This document shows, piece after piece, positions 20,317 to 30,038 of a stretch of DNA of 64,000 nucleotides. The stretch comes from Nitrosopumilus sp. (GTDB taxonomy: Archaea > Thermoproteota > Nitrososphaeria > Nitrososphaerales > Nitrosopumilaceae): NCBI GenBank assembly GCA_965214775.1, contig OZ243974.1, positions 2,624,001 to 2,688,000 of the forward strand. The letters are read 5' to 3'. The translations under genes were made by a program, and so were the position numbers. The notes under the pieces were generated by a model, which did no database searches, was not told the origin of the DNA, and saw only the letters and a list, made by a program, of their open reading frames with translations. Each line of letters begins with the position of its first letter. The first letter of the stretch is position 1.

Positions 20317-20856
20317 CTAGTGCTTGACTGAAAGAGGGGACTCATCAGACTGTGAGACAAGTTCCAAGATTTTCTCTATGGCCTCCTTGGGAGTGTCGGC
20401 ACCGTGGATCTTGACATTTTTTCTGTGATCAAGATATCCGTCAATGTATTGTTCGACAGATCCTCCGAGATTTCTCATTGCGACCATCGGTTTTTTGTGC
20501 ATATAGGCTGCACAGACCTCAGACAGTGTCCCGGAGCCTCCTCCGACTATGATAATGCCGTCTGCACTAAGCGCGTTCAGGAAGTCCCGTGTCAGCCCCA
20601 TTCCAGTTGGAATGACAATGTCACAGTATTCGTTTGCCAAAGATGCGTCATCCTGGGGAATTATGCCAATACTCAATCCATCAGAATCGCAAGATCCGTG
20701 AGAGGCGGCAGCCATCACTCCGCCCAAACCGCCCGTGATCAAGACAGAGCCTGATCTTGCAACCTCAGATCCGATTTCATATGCAATTCTTTCGTGTTCG
20801 GGAGTGCACCCATTAGTATTGTTTCCAATTACCAAAATCTGCCGTTTTTTTGCCAC
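20317..20856 (-). CDS. LOG/TIGR00725 family Rossmann-fold protein
   Basis: ITGGLGGVM, TGMGLTRD, GGGSGTLSE. Confidence 0.9.
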   Translation of the reverse strand: MAKKRQILVIGNNTNGCTPEHERIAYEIGSEVARSGSVLITGGLGGVMAAASHGSCDSDGLSIGIIPQDDASLANEYCDIVIPTGMGLTRDFLNALSADGIIIVGGGSGTLSEVCAAYMHKKPMVAMRNLGGSVEQYIDGYLDHRKNVKIHGADTPKEAIEKILELVSQSDESPLSVKH

Positions 20857-21010
20857 AGATTTGATTGAAAGACTGGTTTGAAATAGTTTTTCCCCAGTCC
20901 AGCTAAGTGAAAAGTAAATGAGATTTGTTGTTTTGTCCTGATATTGAGGCATCACGCCTCCTGTCCAGCTTCTGTTTTTACTCGATTTTTTAGTACTTTT
21001 CACTTAGCTG

Positions 21011-21132
21011 CAGTCTTCCCAAAAGCAATACATAAAGCGATTCTAAAACTCGAAACAGTTCAAACCAAGCTGCCTGCAAACTCACATATGGCCGACTGCA
21101 CCGCGATGAATCGGGTACATTTGGGAAGACTG
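21011..21132. mobile_element. 122-bp ISH3-related MITE
   Basis: TIR CAGTCTTCCCAAA / TTTGGGAAGACTG; second copy at 48831-49089. Confidence 0.8.
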
Positions 21133-21175
21133 TTCCCAGAGTAAAGGATATAGGAAAGCGTCACTAACTATCTTT

Positions 21176-21298
21176 ATGGAAAGGCGTTCAATACCAGTAT
21201 GTTTTACAGAAAAACAATACAAGACAATCGAAGGATATGCCAAGAGAAACGGCATGCTCAATGCAAGCCAGGCCCTTGAGAAAATCCTAAAGGAATAA
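21176..21298 (+). CDS. 40-aa ribbon-helix-helix (CopG-like) protein
   Basis: MERRSIPVCFTEKQYKTIEGYAKRNGMLNASQALEKILKE. Confidence 0.7.
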   Translation: MERRSIPVCFTEKQYKTIEGYAKRNGMLNASQALEKILKE

Positions 21299-21364
21299 CC
21301 ACTTTTTGTCATCTTCATTTTTATTTTGTCTACATTTATAGAATAATAATCTGTAGGAGATAGC

Positions 21365-21775
21365 ATGGGACTGTTTAGTAGGAAACCTGCAATATGCACA
21401 GTATGCAGCAAAAAACTTACACACAGACACAAGCCAAAGAGGGAATGGAACATCAAAGGCCCCCTGTGCGGGGACTGTCATTTTGAGAAGCAGAAAGAAT
21501 TCTACGAGGGCAAAGTCAGACAGCCATGTATAGTATGCGGCACAACCAGAAAAATCACCGAACTCTGGGAACCAAGATGGCAGTGGGACATGAATGGACT
21601 GTTGTGCAAAGACTGCTTTGATAAAAAAGAGGAGAACCATGCAAGAAAGAAAGACTTTTGCGCGTTGTGTAGTGGCAAAATGGGATTAATCAGGTACAAT
21701 CCCAAGGGCCATTGGAAAATAGAAGGACAGCTATGCAAAGACTGCTGGAATGAGAAAAAAGCAGAGCTGGGATAA
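21365..21775 (+). CDS. Cys-rich repeat zinc-binding protein
   Basis: Three CxxC...W...G.LCxDC repeats. Confidence 0.85.
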   Translation: MGLFSRKPAICTVCSKKLTHRHKPKREWNIKGPLCGDCHFEKQKEFYEGKVRQPCIVCGTTRKITELWEPRWQWDMNGLLCKDCFDKKEENHARKKDFCALCSGKMGLIRYNPKGHWKIEGQLCKDCWNEKKAELG

Positions 21776-21776
21776 A

Positions 21777-21980
21777 TTGGGTTTTTTTAAAAAAATCAAG
21801 TGTGATGTCTGTGACAAAAAGTTTTCAAAAGAAGAGGAGATGATGAACCACAAGCAAATCATACATGGAAAGGACTTGAAATATGACTGCAAGAAATGTG
21901 ACAGATACTTTTCAAACATGGAAGACATGAGGACGCATCTGCAAAGAGAACACAGCTACAAAAAAGACGCAGACGGCTAG
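21777..21980 (+). CDS. Double C2H2 zinc-finger protein
   Basis: CDVCDKKF...HKQIIH; CKKCDRYF...HLQREH. Confidence 0.85.
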   Translation: MGFFKKIKCDVCDKKFSKEEEMMNHKQIIHGKDLKYDCKKCDRYFSNMEDMRTHLQREHSYKKDADG

Positions 21981-22171
21981 ACGGCTTTTATGGTTTTTAC
22001 AACCGGAGGTCGAACCTTGGTAAATACCCTAAATCCGCAGATACATTTGATTTCTGGAAGTCTTGACAACTCTGTATTTGAGACCATGGTTCCACATCTG
22101 AGACAGGAATAGTTTACCACGAAGGTTTCGGCGGTATTTTCCTCCATCGAATCAAGGTTTTCTTCGGCCAT
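21977..22171 (-). CDS. rpoP: RNA polymerase subunit P (Rpo12)
   Basis: YSCLRCG...IKCICGFRVFTKVRPP. Confidence 0.88.
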   Translation of the reverse strand: MAEENLDSMEENTAETFVVNYSCLRCGTMVSNTELSRLPEIKCICGFRVFTKVRPPVVKTIKAV

Positions 22172-22207
22172 GTTTGTCATCAAAATTCCCACAATTTAAG
22201 GATACCA

Positions 22208-22516
22208 CTATGTCAGAGACAGTTCAATATAGACATCATCGGGAATTTTCAGCCTCATCAGTTGTCTGATTGCCTTGTCATCAGCGTTGATGTTGATGAT
22301 TCTTCTGTGCATCTTCATCTCCCATTTCTCATAAGTTTCTGTGCCGTTTCCGCACGGTGATTTTCTGGTTGCAACATGCAGTCGTTTGACAGGAAGCGGG
22401 GTCGGACCCTTGACTTTGACGCCTGTTTTTTTGCCGATGCCCATGATCTCTCCACAAACACCGTCTAATTTTGGTAGGCTGGTGGAGGTGAGTTTTACAC
22501 GGGCGGCTTGCGTCAT
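22208..22516 (-). CDS. rpsJ: 30S ribosomal protein S10
   Basis: GPTPLP...RKSPCGNGTETYEKWEMKMHRR. Confidence 0.97.
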   Translation of the reverse strand: MTQAARVKLTSTSLPKLDGVCGEIMGIGKKTGVKVKGPTPLPVKRLHVATRKSPCGNGTETYEKWEMKMHRRIININADDKAIRQLMRLKIPDDVYIELSLT

Positions 22517-22526
22517 TAAAATCCGC

Positions 22527-23825
22527 CTATGGCTTGTACTCTTCGGTAATTTCCTTGACGATCCCAGCTGCGATTGTTGCACCCATGTCTCTGAGAGCAA
22601 ATCTTCCCATTTCTGGAAAATTCTGGAATGTCTCGATCGGAGTTGGTCTTACCGGTCGAATTTTAACAATTGCAGAATCGCCAACTTTGAGGAATTTCGG
22701 GTTTTCTTCCTCAACTGCGCCGGTTGCCGGATTGATCTTTTGCAGAAACTCTGTAACAGTTGCTGCAACTTGTGCGGTGTGCGCATGCATGACCGGGGTG
22801 TATCCTGGTGCGATTGCCGTCGGGTGGTGAATTACAATGATTTGGGCCTTGAATTCTTTTGCAACGTTTGGCGGGGCATCAGGAGTTCCGAGAACGTCCC
22901 CTCTCTTGATGTCCTTCTTTTCAACGCCTCTGAGGTTAAAGCCAATATTGTCACCTGCTTCTGCAGATGGCATCTCTTGGTGATGGGTCTCGATGGATTT
23001 GATTTCGCCTGGAGCGCCAGAAGGCATTACAACGATTTTGTCGCCTGGTTTCATAGTTCCTGTCTCGACTCTTCCTACCGGAACGGTTCCAACACCCGTA
23101 ATGGTGTAAACGTCCTGGATTGGGACACGCAGTGGCTTTCCTACTGGTTTTTCTGCTACTGTAAAGTCATCAAATGCCTCAAGCAGGGTTTTGCCGGAAT
23201 ACCACGGCATGTTTTCAGATTTTTTAACCAGGTTGTCGCCTTTCCATCCGGAAACCGGAATGAATGGCACGTTATCTAGCTTGTAGCCTACAGATTTCAC
23301 TAGTTTTTCGCCTTTTTCCTTGGCTGCTTTAAATGCCTCCTCAGAATAGCTGCTGTCATCCATCTTGTTGATTGCAACGATTAGCTGGTTGACACCGAGG
23401 GTCTTTAGCAGGAAGGCATGCTCCCTTGCCTGTCCGCCTGCTGCAATTGCAGTGTCGGTTTCGCCTTCCTTTGCTGAAAGCACCAGAACTGCCGCATCTG
23501 CTTCAGAGGCGCCAGTAATCATGTTTTTTATAAAGTCCCTGTGACCAGGGGCGTCAATCAAAGTGAAAAAGTACTTTGGAGATTCGAATTTTTGGAATGC
23601 AAGATCGATCGTAATGCCTCTCTCCCTTTCATCCTTTATGTTATCCATTACCCAGGCATACTTGAAAGTATCACCTTTTCCGGTCTTTTCGGATTCAGTC
23701 GCATGGGATGCAATTGTTCTTTCATCTACAACGCCAAGATCCATCAAGAAATGGCCCATGGTTGTCGATTTTCCATTATCAATATGACCTGTAACTATCA
23801 GGTTCAGGTGTGGTTTATCTGCCAT
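22527..23825 (-). CDS. tuf: Translation elongation factor EF-1alpha
   Basis: GHIDNGKST, ERERGITID, DAPGHRDF, NKMD. Confidence 0.98.
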   Translation of the reverse strand: MADKPHLNLIVTGHIDNGKSTTMGHFLMDLGVVDERTIASHATESEKTGKGDTFKYAWVMDNIKDERERGITIDLAFQKFESPKYFFTLIDAPGHRDFIKNMITGASEADAAVLVLSAKEGETDTAIAAGGQAREHAFLLKTLGVNQLIVAINKMDDSSYSEEAFKAAKEKGEKLVKSVGYKLDNVPFIPVSGWKGDNLVKKSENMPWYSGKTLLEAFDDFTVAEKPVGKPLRVPIQDVYTITGVGTVPVGRVETGTMKPGDKIVVMPSGAPGEIKSIETHHQEMPSAEAGDNIGFNLRGVEKKDIKRGDVLGTPDAPPNVAKEFKAQIIVIHHPTAIAPGYTPVMHAHTAQVAATVTEFLQKINPATGAVEEENPKFLKVGDSAIVKIRPVRPTPIETFQNFPEMGRFALRDMGATIAAGIVKEITEEYKP

Positions 23826-23945
23826 ATCAAGTGCCTCACAGAGGCTATTTATTACTGTTATGAATTTTAAAAAAAACCCAGCATTTTTTCAATTGTTTTT
23901 AAATCAAAAGGCTTTGGAAACTACACATAAATCAAAGGGGGAAAA

Positions 23946-25091
23946 TTGGAAATTATGAAGATTACAGTATCAGTCATCAAGGCCGACGTCGGCGGAGTCG
24001 GCGGCCATACAAAGCCAAGTGACGGGCTGCTGGGCGCAATTAGAGATACCGTCAGAAACTCAGCAGATCTGCTGATTGACCATTACATCGGATACTGTGG
24101 AGATGACACCCACATTGTAATGTCTCACACACACGGTGTGGACAGCCAGAAAATCCACAAACTGGCTTGGGATGCATTTATGGCAGGAACCAAGGTTGCC
24201 AAAGACGAAGGGCTTTACGGTGCAGGACAAGACCTGCTTAGGGACTCGTTTTCCGGAAATGTAAAGGGAATGGGGCCCGGAGTCGCAGAGATGGAGTTTG
24301 AGGAAAGGCCAAACGAGGCGTTCACGGTTTTTGCAGCCGACAAGACAGAGCCAGGCGCGTTTAACTATCCGATTTATAGAATGTTCGTAGATGCGTTAAG
24401 CAACACAGGGTTAATCGTAAACGAGAATCTTGCAAAAGGCGTCAAAATCAACATCATGGACGTAGAAAAGGCGCAGATTGCAGAACTAGAATTGTGGCAG
24501 GACAAGCCTACAATTGAAGCGGCACTGATGTATCCGGGAAGATATGTTGTTGACTCTGTTACGACCAAGGATGGCGAGCCGATTCTTGCGGCGTCCACGG
24601 ACAGGCTGCACAACATTGCAGGAACATACGTGGGAAAAGACGATCCGATCTGCGTCGTAAGAACACAAAAGGGATTCCCGGCAACAGAAGAAGTGGGAAG
24701 CGTGTTTAACAACCCTCACTATGTTGCAGGAAACACAAGAGGAAGCCACAACATGCCGCTGATGCCCGTAAGACTGAACTCTGCGGCAACAATCAACTTT
24801 TGCATTCCGATTGTAGAGGCGCTTGTCTTTAGCATGCACAACGGAAAGTTCACAGGTCCGTTTGACGGATTCTCAACGCCTGACTGGGACCTGATCAGGC
24901 AAAGAGCAACAGAAAAAGCAATGGCAATCAGAAGCCAGGGATTCATCCATCCGGCTACCCTTGTTCCGTCCGAGTTGGAGTATGCAGAGGGCTACAGGGC
25001 AAGAATGGGCGTTCTTGAAAGCAAGATGATGCCAATGGAAAAAAATACCTCTGGCGGAGCCAAAAAAGAAGACTATGAGGATCCAGACTAG
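23946..25091 (+). CDS. fbp: Bifunctional fructose-1,6-bisphosphate aldolase/phosphatase (class V)
   Basis: SVIKADVG, GLYGAGQDLL, DKTEPGAFN, YVGKDDP. Confidence 0.96.
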   Translation: MEIMKITVSVIKADVGGVGGHTKPSDGLLGAIRDTVRNSADLLIDHYIGYCGDDTHIVMSHTHGVDSQKIHKLAWDAFMAGTKVAKDEGLYGAGQDLLRDSFSGNVKGMGPGVAEMEFEERPNEAFTVFAADKTEPGAFNYPIYRMFVDALSNTGLIVNENLAKGVKINIMDVEKAQIAELELWQDKPTIEAALMYPGRYVVDSVTTKDGEPILAASTDRLHNIAGTYVGKDDPICVVRTQKGFPATEEVGSVFNNPHYVAGNTRGSHNMPLMPVRLNSAATINFCIPIVEALVFSMHNGKFTGPFDGFSTPDWDLIRQRATEKAMAIRSQGFIHPATLVPSELEYAEGYRARMGVLESKMMPMEKNTSGGAKKEDYEDPD

Positions 25092-25209
25092 TAATTTGTG
25101 TGCTTGCCAATCACAGATAGGCAAAATGTGAGTCAAAAGGATCGTTTATGAACACGTGATACAAACACCCTTTGTCGATTTCAAATCCGTCTAACAAACA
25201 CTACAAAAA

Positions 25210-25722
25210 TCATCTAGTACAAAGGGACAATTCTATCTCAAACATTTGATGATCAAAAACAAAGTCAACTATTCCATACCAATCATCTGCCTCAAAGAAC
25301 GCCCGGATTGTGTCCTCAAGCCTTCTAGTGTTTAGATGAGCAATATGCTTGTAGCGACAAATTGGATCGCTACAAAATATGGGAGTCGAAACGTTCCACA
25401 AATCATCACCCGTCCTGAGAATATCAAACGAGTCAAAGTTTTTCTGGTTGTAAAACACGATCCATGCATGATGAGGGTTCTTGAAGTTCGGATCGGCAAT
25501 TACGAGATTCGCAGTCTCATCCAGCGCCTTTTGCAGATCAATGGACACCATCTTGTTGGGATTATCTGGTACGCGATCCATAATGCGGCCCTTGCAGTAA
25601 ACGATCTCCTGATATTGCGAATCTTTGCTCTGTGTGGATTTCTGCTCCCCCTTGTTGTCCTTTATACCCATCAACAACTCCCGGTCCTGCTTGGGATTAA
25701 TTTCCGTAGTAATCAAGTTCAT
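25210..25722 (-). CDS. Hypothetical protein
   Basis: 170-aa ORF filling the gap; no motif recognised; start uncertain. Confidence 0.55.
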   Translation of the reverse strand: MNLITTEINPKQDRELLMGIKDNKGEQKSTQSKDSQYQEIVYCKGRIMDRVPDNPNKMVSIDLQKALDETANLVIADPNFKNPHHAWIVFYNQKNFDSFDILRTGDDLWNVSTPIFCSDPICRYKHIAHLNTRRLEDTIRAFFEADDWYGIVDFVFDHQMFEIELSLCTR

Positions 25723-25766
25723 TTTATGTGGTTACATTCCAATTTATTTAATGATTGCTAGGAGAG

Positions 25767-25885
25767 GGAACTGGAAAGTTTACGGTGGGTGGTTCTCTCT
25801 GGAAAGTGTCAGTAGATCGGAACTAGATGGTAACGGGAACTGATTTCTTCTGAAAAGTTTCGGGTGCTGGAAATTTCCGATTTTG
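25767..25885 (+). repeat. GGAACTGG-type end repeat, copy D plus an internally deleted copy at 25836
   Basis: GGAACTGGAAAGTTTACGGT...TTCTCTCTGGAAAGTGTCAGTAGATC aligns with reverse complement of 3772-3823; 25836-25870 aligns with 6313-6365. Confidence 0.75.
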
Positions 25886-25897
25886 AAGACTTAAAAC

Positions 25898-25970
25898 GTA
25901 ACAGGTCGGGCTCTCGAAGCTGTTCCTGATTTTAGGCACAAATCTGTCTGATCGGGCTCTGGAAGCTGGA
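25898..25970 (+). mobile_element. Unpaired IS66-type end of the 10063 MITE family
   Basis: GTAACAGGTCGGGCTCTCGAAGCTGTTCCTGATTTTAGGCACA; TCGGGCTCT.GAAGCTG occurs twice. Confidence 0.75.
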
Positions 25971-26147
25971 TTTTGATACAATCTGCCATGTATTTCGGGA
26001 ATCAGGACTGCAGCTGCGCGCCGGATCGGAACGAATCCTCGTTCATACACCGCTTGCTGCCATCATCATTTGCAGAATTGTCCACATGTAATTAAAGTGA
26101 CAGGACATATGGAGGATCTTTTATGAGCAGGTAGTGCGCCTCTTGAC

Positions 26148-26423
26148 ATGCGCGCGGTGGTTAAAGTCAACATGACGTATTTCTGCCTGCAACACTCTGG
26201 TATTTTGGAGGATGGCCCGTTCAGCTGTGATCCGGATCCCGGGTGTGATCCCGCCGAGTTTGACAGGCAGTTGGAGCGTGCCATGAGTTATGATTTGCAC
26301 AAGTGTGAGCGTGAGGGTTGTGAAAAATACACGTGGTGTAAGGTGACTGACACGGGTTGTGTCAAATGGTTCTGTAGGAGTCATCACACAGAACGCGCAA
26401 TGGAGGCATCCATACCCACATGA
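26148..26423 (+). CDS. Small Cys/His-rich hypothetical protein
   Basis: CEREGC...WFCRSHH; ATGA overlap with next ORF. Confidence 0.5.
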   Translation: MRAVVKVNMTYFCLQHSGILEDGPFSCDPDPGCDPAEFDRQLERAMSYDLHKCEREGCEKYTWCKVTDTGCVKWFCRSHHTERAMEASIPT

Positions 26424-26614
26424 ACTGCCAGAACCGGTGCAAAAAGTACAAGATACCCACAACGCGCCTCCATCCCGACAAAAAGTGGTGTGACGGGCGT
26501 GATGTATTCTTGTTGTGGGACGGGGCATTCTGTCCTTGTTGCAACTCCCGGCCCCGCATGAAGAGAGGCCCGCGCAAGTGCCGCTCACGCCAGATTGAAA
26601 TGTTGGGCATATAG
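26420..26614 (+). CDS. Small zinc-ribbon-like protein, ends at a MITE
   Basis: CQNRC...WCDGRDVF...FCPCCNSR. Confidence 0.5.
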   Translation: MNCQNRCKKYKIPTTRLHPDKKWCDGRDVFLLWDGAFCPCCNSRPRMKRGPRKCRSRQIEMLGI

Positions 26615-26692
26615 CAACGAGCAGAAATAATTGAGGTTTTTTACGTGTAGTTATGACCTGCTTTGACTCAAAGACTTCTGCCCGTTGCTATA
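26610..26692. mobile_element. 83-bp IS630-derived MITE (inverted)
   Basis: Reverse complement of 301-383. Confidence 0.92.
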
Positions 26693-26810
26693 AGACGGTG
26701 ATTCCAGTACATGGTAATGAAATGCTAGGCAAAGGTTTGATTAACGAAATTCTCAAACAAATCAGATTATCTAGAGAAGAATATGAAAAACTCAGACGAA
26801 AAATGCAAGT
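26693..26810 (+). pseudogene. HicA-like toxin C-terminal fragment
   Basis: KTVIPVHGNEMLGKGLINEILKQIRLSREEY. Confidence 0.75.
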
Positions 26811-27099
26811 CGTTAAAAAATCTACACTGGTAAATCTTCGGGGTTTTTCAGCAGGGTGTTAAGTTGAGGGTTTCTGGCGTTAACTTAGGAAGATGGACGT
26901 GACTGTGCCATAGCTTAGTTTTCAAACAGGCGATTCTATCCAGATCCGTCAAGCGTGTCTTGGAGTCCGGGTTTCCTTCTGTTCCTCTTTGCGGTTTTTG
27001 GCTTTTTAGGTTGCCTGGTTTTCCTCGCTTGTGATTCTTTTGCCGTCTTGGCAATTCTGGCATCAGACTTTCCGAGGTATGACTTTGGCTGTTTTCCCC

Positions 27100-29403
27100 A
27101 TAGGTGATCCGAAATTAGAAATCAGGCGCCCCGTCTGTAGCCGTTCTGCTGCCGCCACTTATTAGGCCGCAGCAACAGCAGCGATTCTGGCCGGCGCCCT
27201 GTCGTTGACCAGTCCGCACACGATACTGTTTGCAAGGTCATACTTTTTGAGTGGGTTTCGGTACCGGTCGCCCATGATCCTGTATGTCTTGACCCTGCGT
27301 ATGGTGTTCTCCACGTACACGCGTATCTTTGAGTGCGTGATATTGTACTCTTTTTCCGCATCGGTGAGCTTGCCGCCCGGTTTTTTCCTGATTGGGAGTA
27401 TGATGTCCGTGCCTGCATCCACTGACTGTGCTCCCTGGTATCCGCGGTCCATGTAGTGACGTAGTATCTACGTCAGCCATTTGTTCATCTTTACCACCTT
27501 TATCTCGCCCCTGCGCGTCATACTGCGCAGTGATCTCTGCATCTCCTTGACGGTCTTGTAAAGGCAGTTTGAAGTCGCCTTTTTGAACCCGCGCCACTGC
27601 CCCTCCGAGTTGTTAAGCTCCGGCGCGTACGGCGGCAGGTACTTTAGCACCACGTCCCCGTTCCACTTGGCCATCTTTCTATTGAGTTCTGCTGACTTGT
27701 GGTACGATGCGTTGTCGACAAACAACAACACCTTGCCGTACTTGCGGCGCAGTGTCCTGAGAAACTTGTAGAACGTTCCCGTGTTGGCCTTTTCGTAAAA
27801 GCGATAGTCAAACCTGTTTCTTGAGAGGGCCCCTATAACATAGAACCGCTTCCTGGACAGGCTGACGGGCGTATAGACCGGCTCTCCTACGGGGTACCAG
27901 CTGTTCTTGACGTTCCATCCCAGTATGAACATGGACTCGTCGCCTATCATTACCGTGTACCCCTTTTTTGAATAGTACTTTGCGCTCTGCCTAGCTTTTT
28001 TTTTGAACTCCTTTTTCTCGGATTCTGAGGCTGATTTTGGGTGTTTTGGCCTGGGCTTTCTGCATGAGAAGCCGATTCTGTGCAGCAGGTCGTACATGCT
28101 CGTTTCTGCATACGTGATGCCGAACTTCTTTTTGACGTGGGCAATGACCAGCGGCCCTGTCCATGTTGTGGCCTTAAAGCCGCAGTTGTCCGGGCCCTTG
28201 ATCAGGTCTGCGCGCAGCCGTTCAAGCTGTTTCTTGTCGAGCCTGCACGGGGCGCCATGCTTTATGTCAAACCTGCCCTCCAGGCCATGCTTGTGCGCAC
28301 GCACCAGCCAGTATCGTACGGTTCCATACGGCCTGCTCAGCTTCTCGGCAATATCATATATGCTCGCGCCGCACTTTCTCATGTGGTATGCAAGGAGCCG
28401 GATTGCCGCCTTGGCGTCCTTCTCGGACTTGTGCATCCTAAAAAGCTCGTCCTTGCTTGCTATCCCGTACAGGAACGCTGTTCCCGTCGGTAATTCCTTC
28501 TTTCCTTTCATGTGTATATATGGGACTAATAGCTCTTAGATCCTTTGGTTGAAAAAAATTGTCCTTTTTGTGATCAATTGGTAGCCGAGGATACTACGCA
28601 GCTTTGTGCACTTTTGTTGTTGTTGTGGCGCATCACCATCCCCGCTGCCGCCGGGACATTTTCTCTTTCTCTTTCTCCTTTCTTTGGCCGTACCGGAACG
28701 TGGGATGCCTCATCTGGTACATCGTGATGTCGTTTACGCGTCCCGGAGAGTGGGGCGTGTCTTGTGTACCAAGTCCGTGGATGTTGGTGATATACTGAAC
28801 CTTGACTGTGTGCGTGCCTGCCTTGCCTGAATAGTGCGATTTCTCCATGTCCTTTCTCTTGGACCTGCATATCTTTTGTTCTGAGGCATCTGTCAGGCAG
28901 ACAAGTTCCGGTAATACGTCCATTAGTTCCTCTACTGAGGATATTCTCTTGGTGCCCGAATAGATCTTTTCGGGGATCGACAGGCACCCTTTGAGAACCG
29001 GCGCAATCCCGTCTATCGAGCGCGAGACTGATGCCTGTCCTATTCCGAACATGGCAGATGCCACGTCCTGCGTGACGTACGTCCTGTAGTAGAACAGGGA
29101 CAGCAGAAGGCTTTCCTTTAGGTTCAGAGCAATCGGGCGTCCTGCACCGATGATGTCACGCTTGCGGTCTTTTTTGGCAGAAAGCAGAAAGCCTCTTTCT
29201 GTCCATCTTTTGGTGTTTTTTTGCCACTTGCATACAACAAATCAAATTCGGGAGCAGTCATGCCGGCAAACGTCTTCTTGAATGTCCGGGGTTTTTGATA
29301 ATTATCAAATAACTTTATGAATTGCACATTTTGCCTGCATTTGGATCGGGTTGGTATACATTGTGTCCATTTGATCAAAATTTGCTAATTTTGAATCAAC
29401 TCT
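27100..29403 (-). mobile_element. IS5 family (DDE_Tnp_4) element, frameshifted and interrupted by IS630
   Basis: Ends GGTGATCCGAAATTAG / CTAATTTTGAATCAACTCT; KTFAGMT..EFD, TDASEQ, YSGKAGTH, MDRGYQG, RVYVENTIRRVK. Confidence 0.85.
27462..28596 (-). mobile_element. IS630 family element; transposase 27468-28511 intact
   Basis: Imperfect ~27-bp TIR TAGTATC...GATACTA; DESMF, DNASYH, PPYAPELNNSE. Confidence 0.92.
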
Positions 29404-29593
29404 GGAAAGAGCGTCAGAAAGAGTCATCCTACAACCGGCTCTAGGACTTTCCCCCTCCCCAATGAATGCGTCCGTCCCGGCCTCCTTGGCTCCCAGTTTT
29501 CCGTTTTTGCCATATTTTTGAGCATATTTTGCCCTTTGACCGAACCATTGGAAATAGTTAAAAGAAAACAGGCTCTAGTAAAACCGGTCTGCA

Positions 29594-30001
29594 ATGAGTC
29601 TTCAAAAGGTATTTGACTGGAAAACATACATCTTTACGGCACTGGCAGTCATTTCATTCTCAAACTTTGTCGCAGTACTGTTTGGCCAGACCATCCCAAA
29701 TATTATCTTGGACTTTTTCAAGATTGCAGGCGAATACGTGATCCTAGGCGCAGTTTTCATATTTGCCCTGGCCTGGCTGCTAAAGGCAAAGCCCCACAAC
29801 CGTCCAAAGAAATACTCGGTGGTAGTTTTTGACGTATATGGCAAAAAAAGCCGGATCGACGGAATCAGAACAGAGTTCAAGACGCATGATGTGGCATGGA
29901 GTTTTATGAAACAATACAAAAGGCAGTATCCGTTGTATAATTTTGCACTGGTCTCTGATCTTCCAAAATCAGACAGGCCCACAATCTTCAGATACATCTA
30001 G
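29594..30001 (+). CDS. Hypothetical membrane protein
   Basis: Two TM helices plus soluble C-domain; core-like composition. Confidence 0.75.
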   Translation: MSLQKVFDWKTYIFTALAVISFSNFVAVLFGQTIPNIILDFFKIAGEYVILGAVFIFALAWLLKAKPHNRPKKYSVVVFDVYGKKSRIDGIRTEFKTHDVAWSFMKQYKRQYPLYNFALVSDLPKSDRPTIFRYI

Positions 30002-30038
30002 ATTCAGATTTTTATTCATGGTCAAACAAGGAAATAGA

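Noticed and set aside
22341-23279. Long antisense ORFs (also 7424-8173, 11767-12681, 45647-46516, 46829-47437)
   Set aside because: Shadows of well-supported genes or transposases on the other strand.
27996-28004. A9 tract in IS630 as programmed frameshift
   Set aside because: The ORF is already continuous through it.
29430-29500. RNase P-like GGGGAAAGTCC (minus) or HDV-like GTCCCGGCCTCC
   Set aside because: Partner helices and other conserved motifs are absent; region too short.
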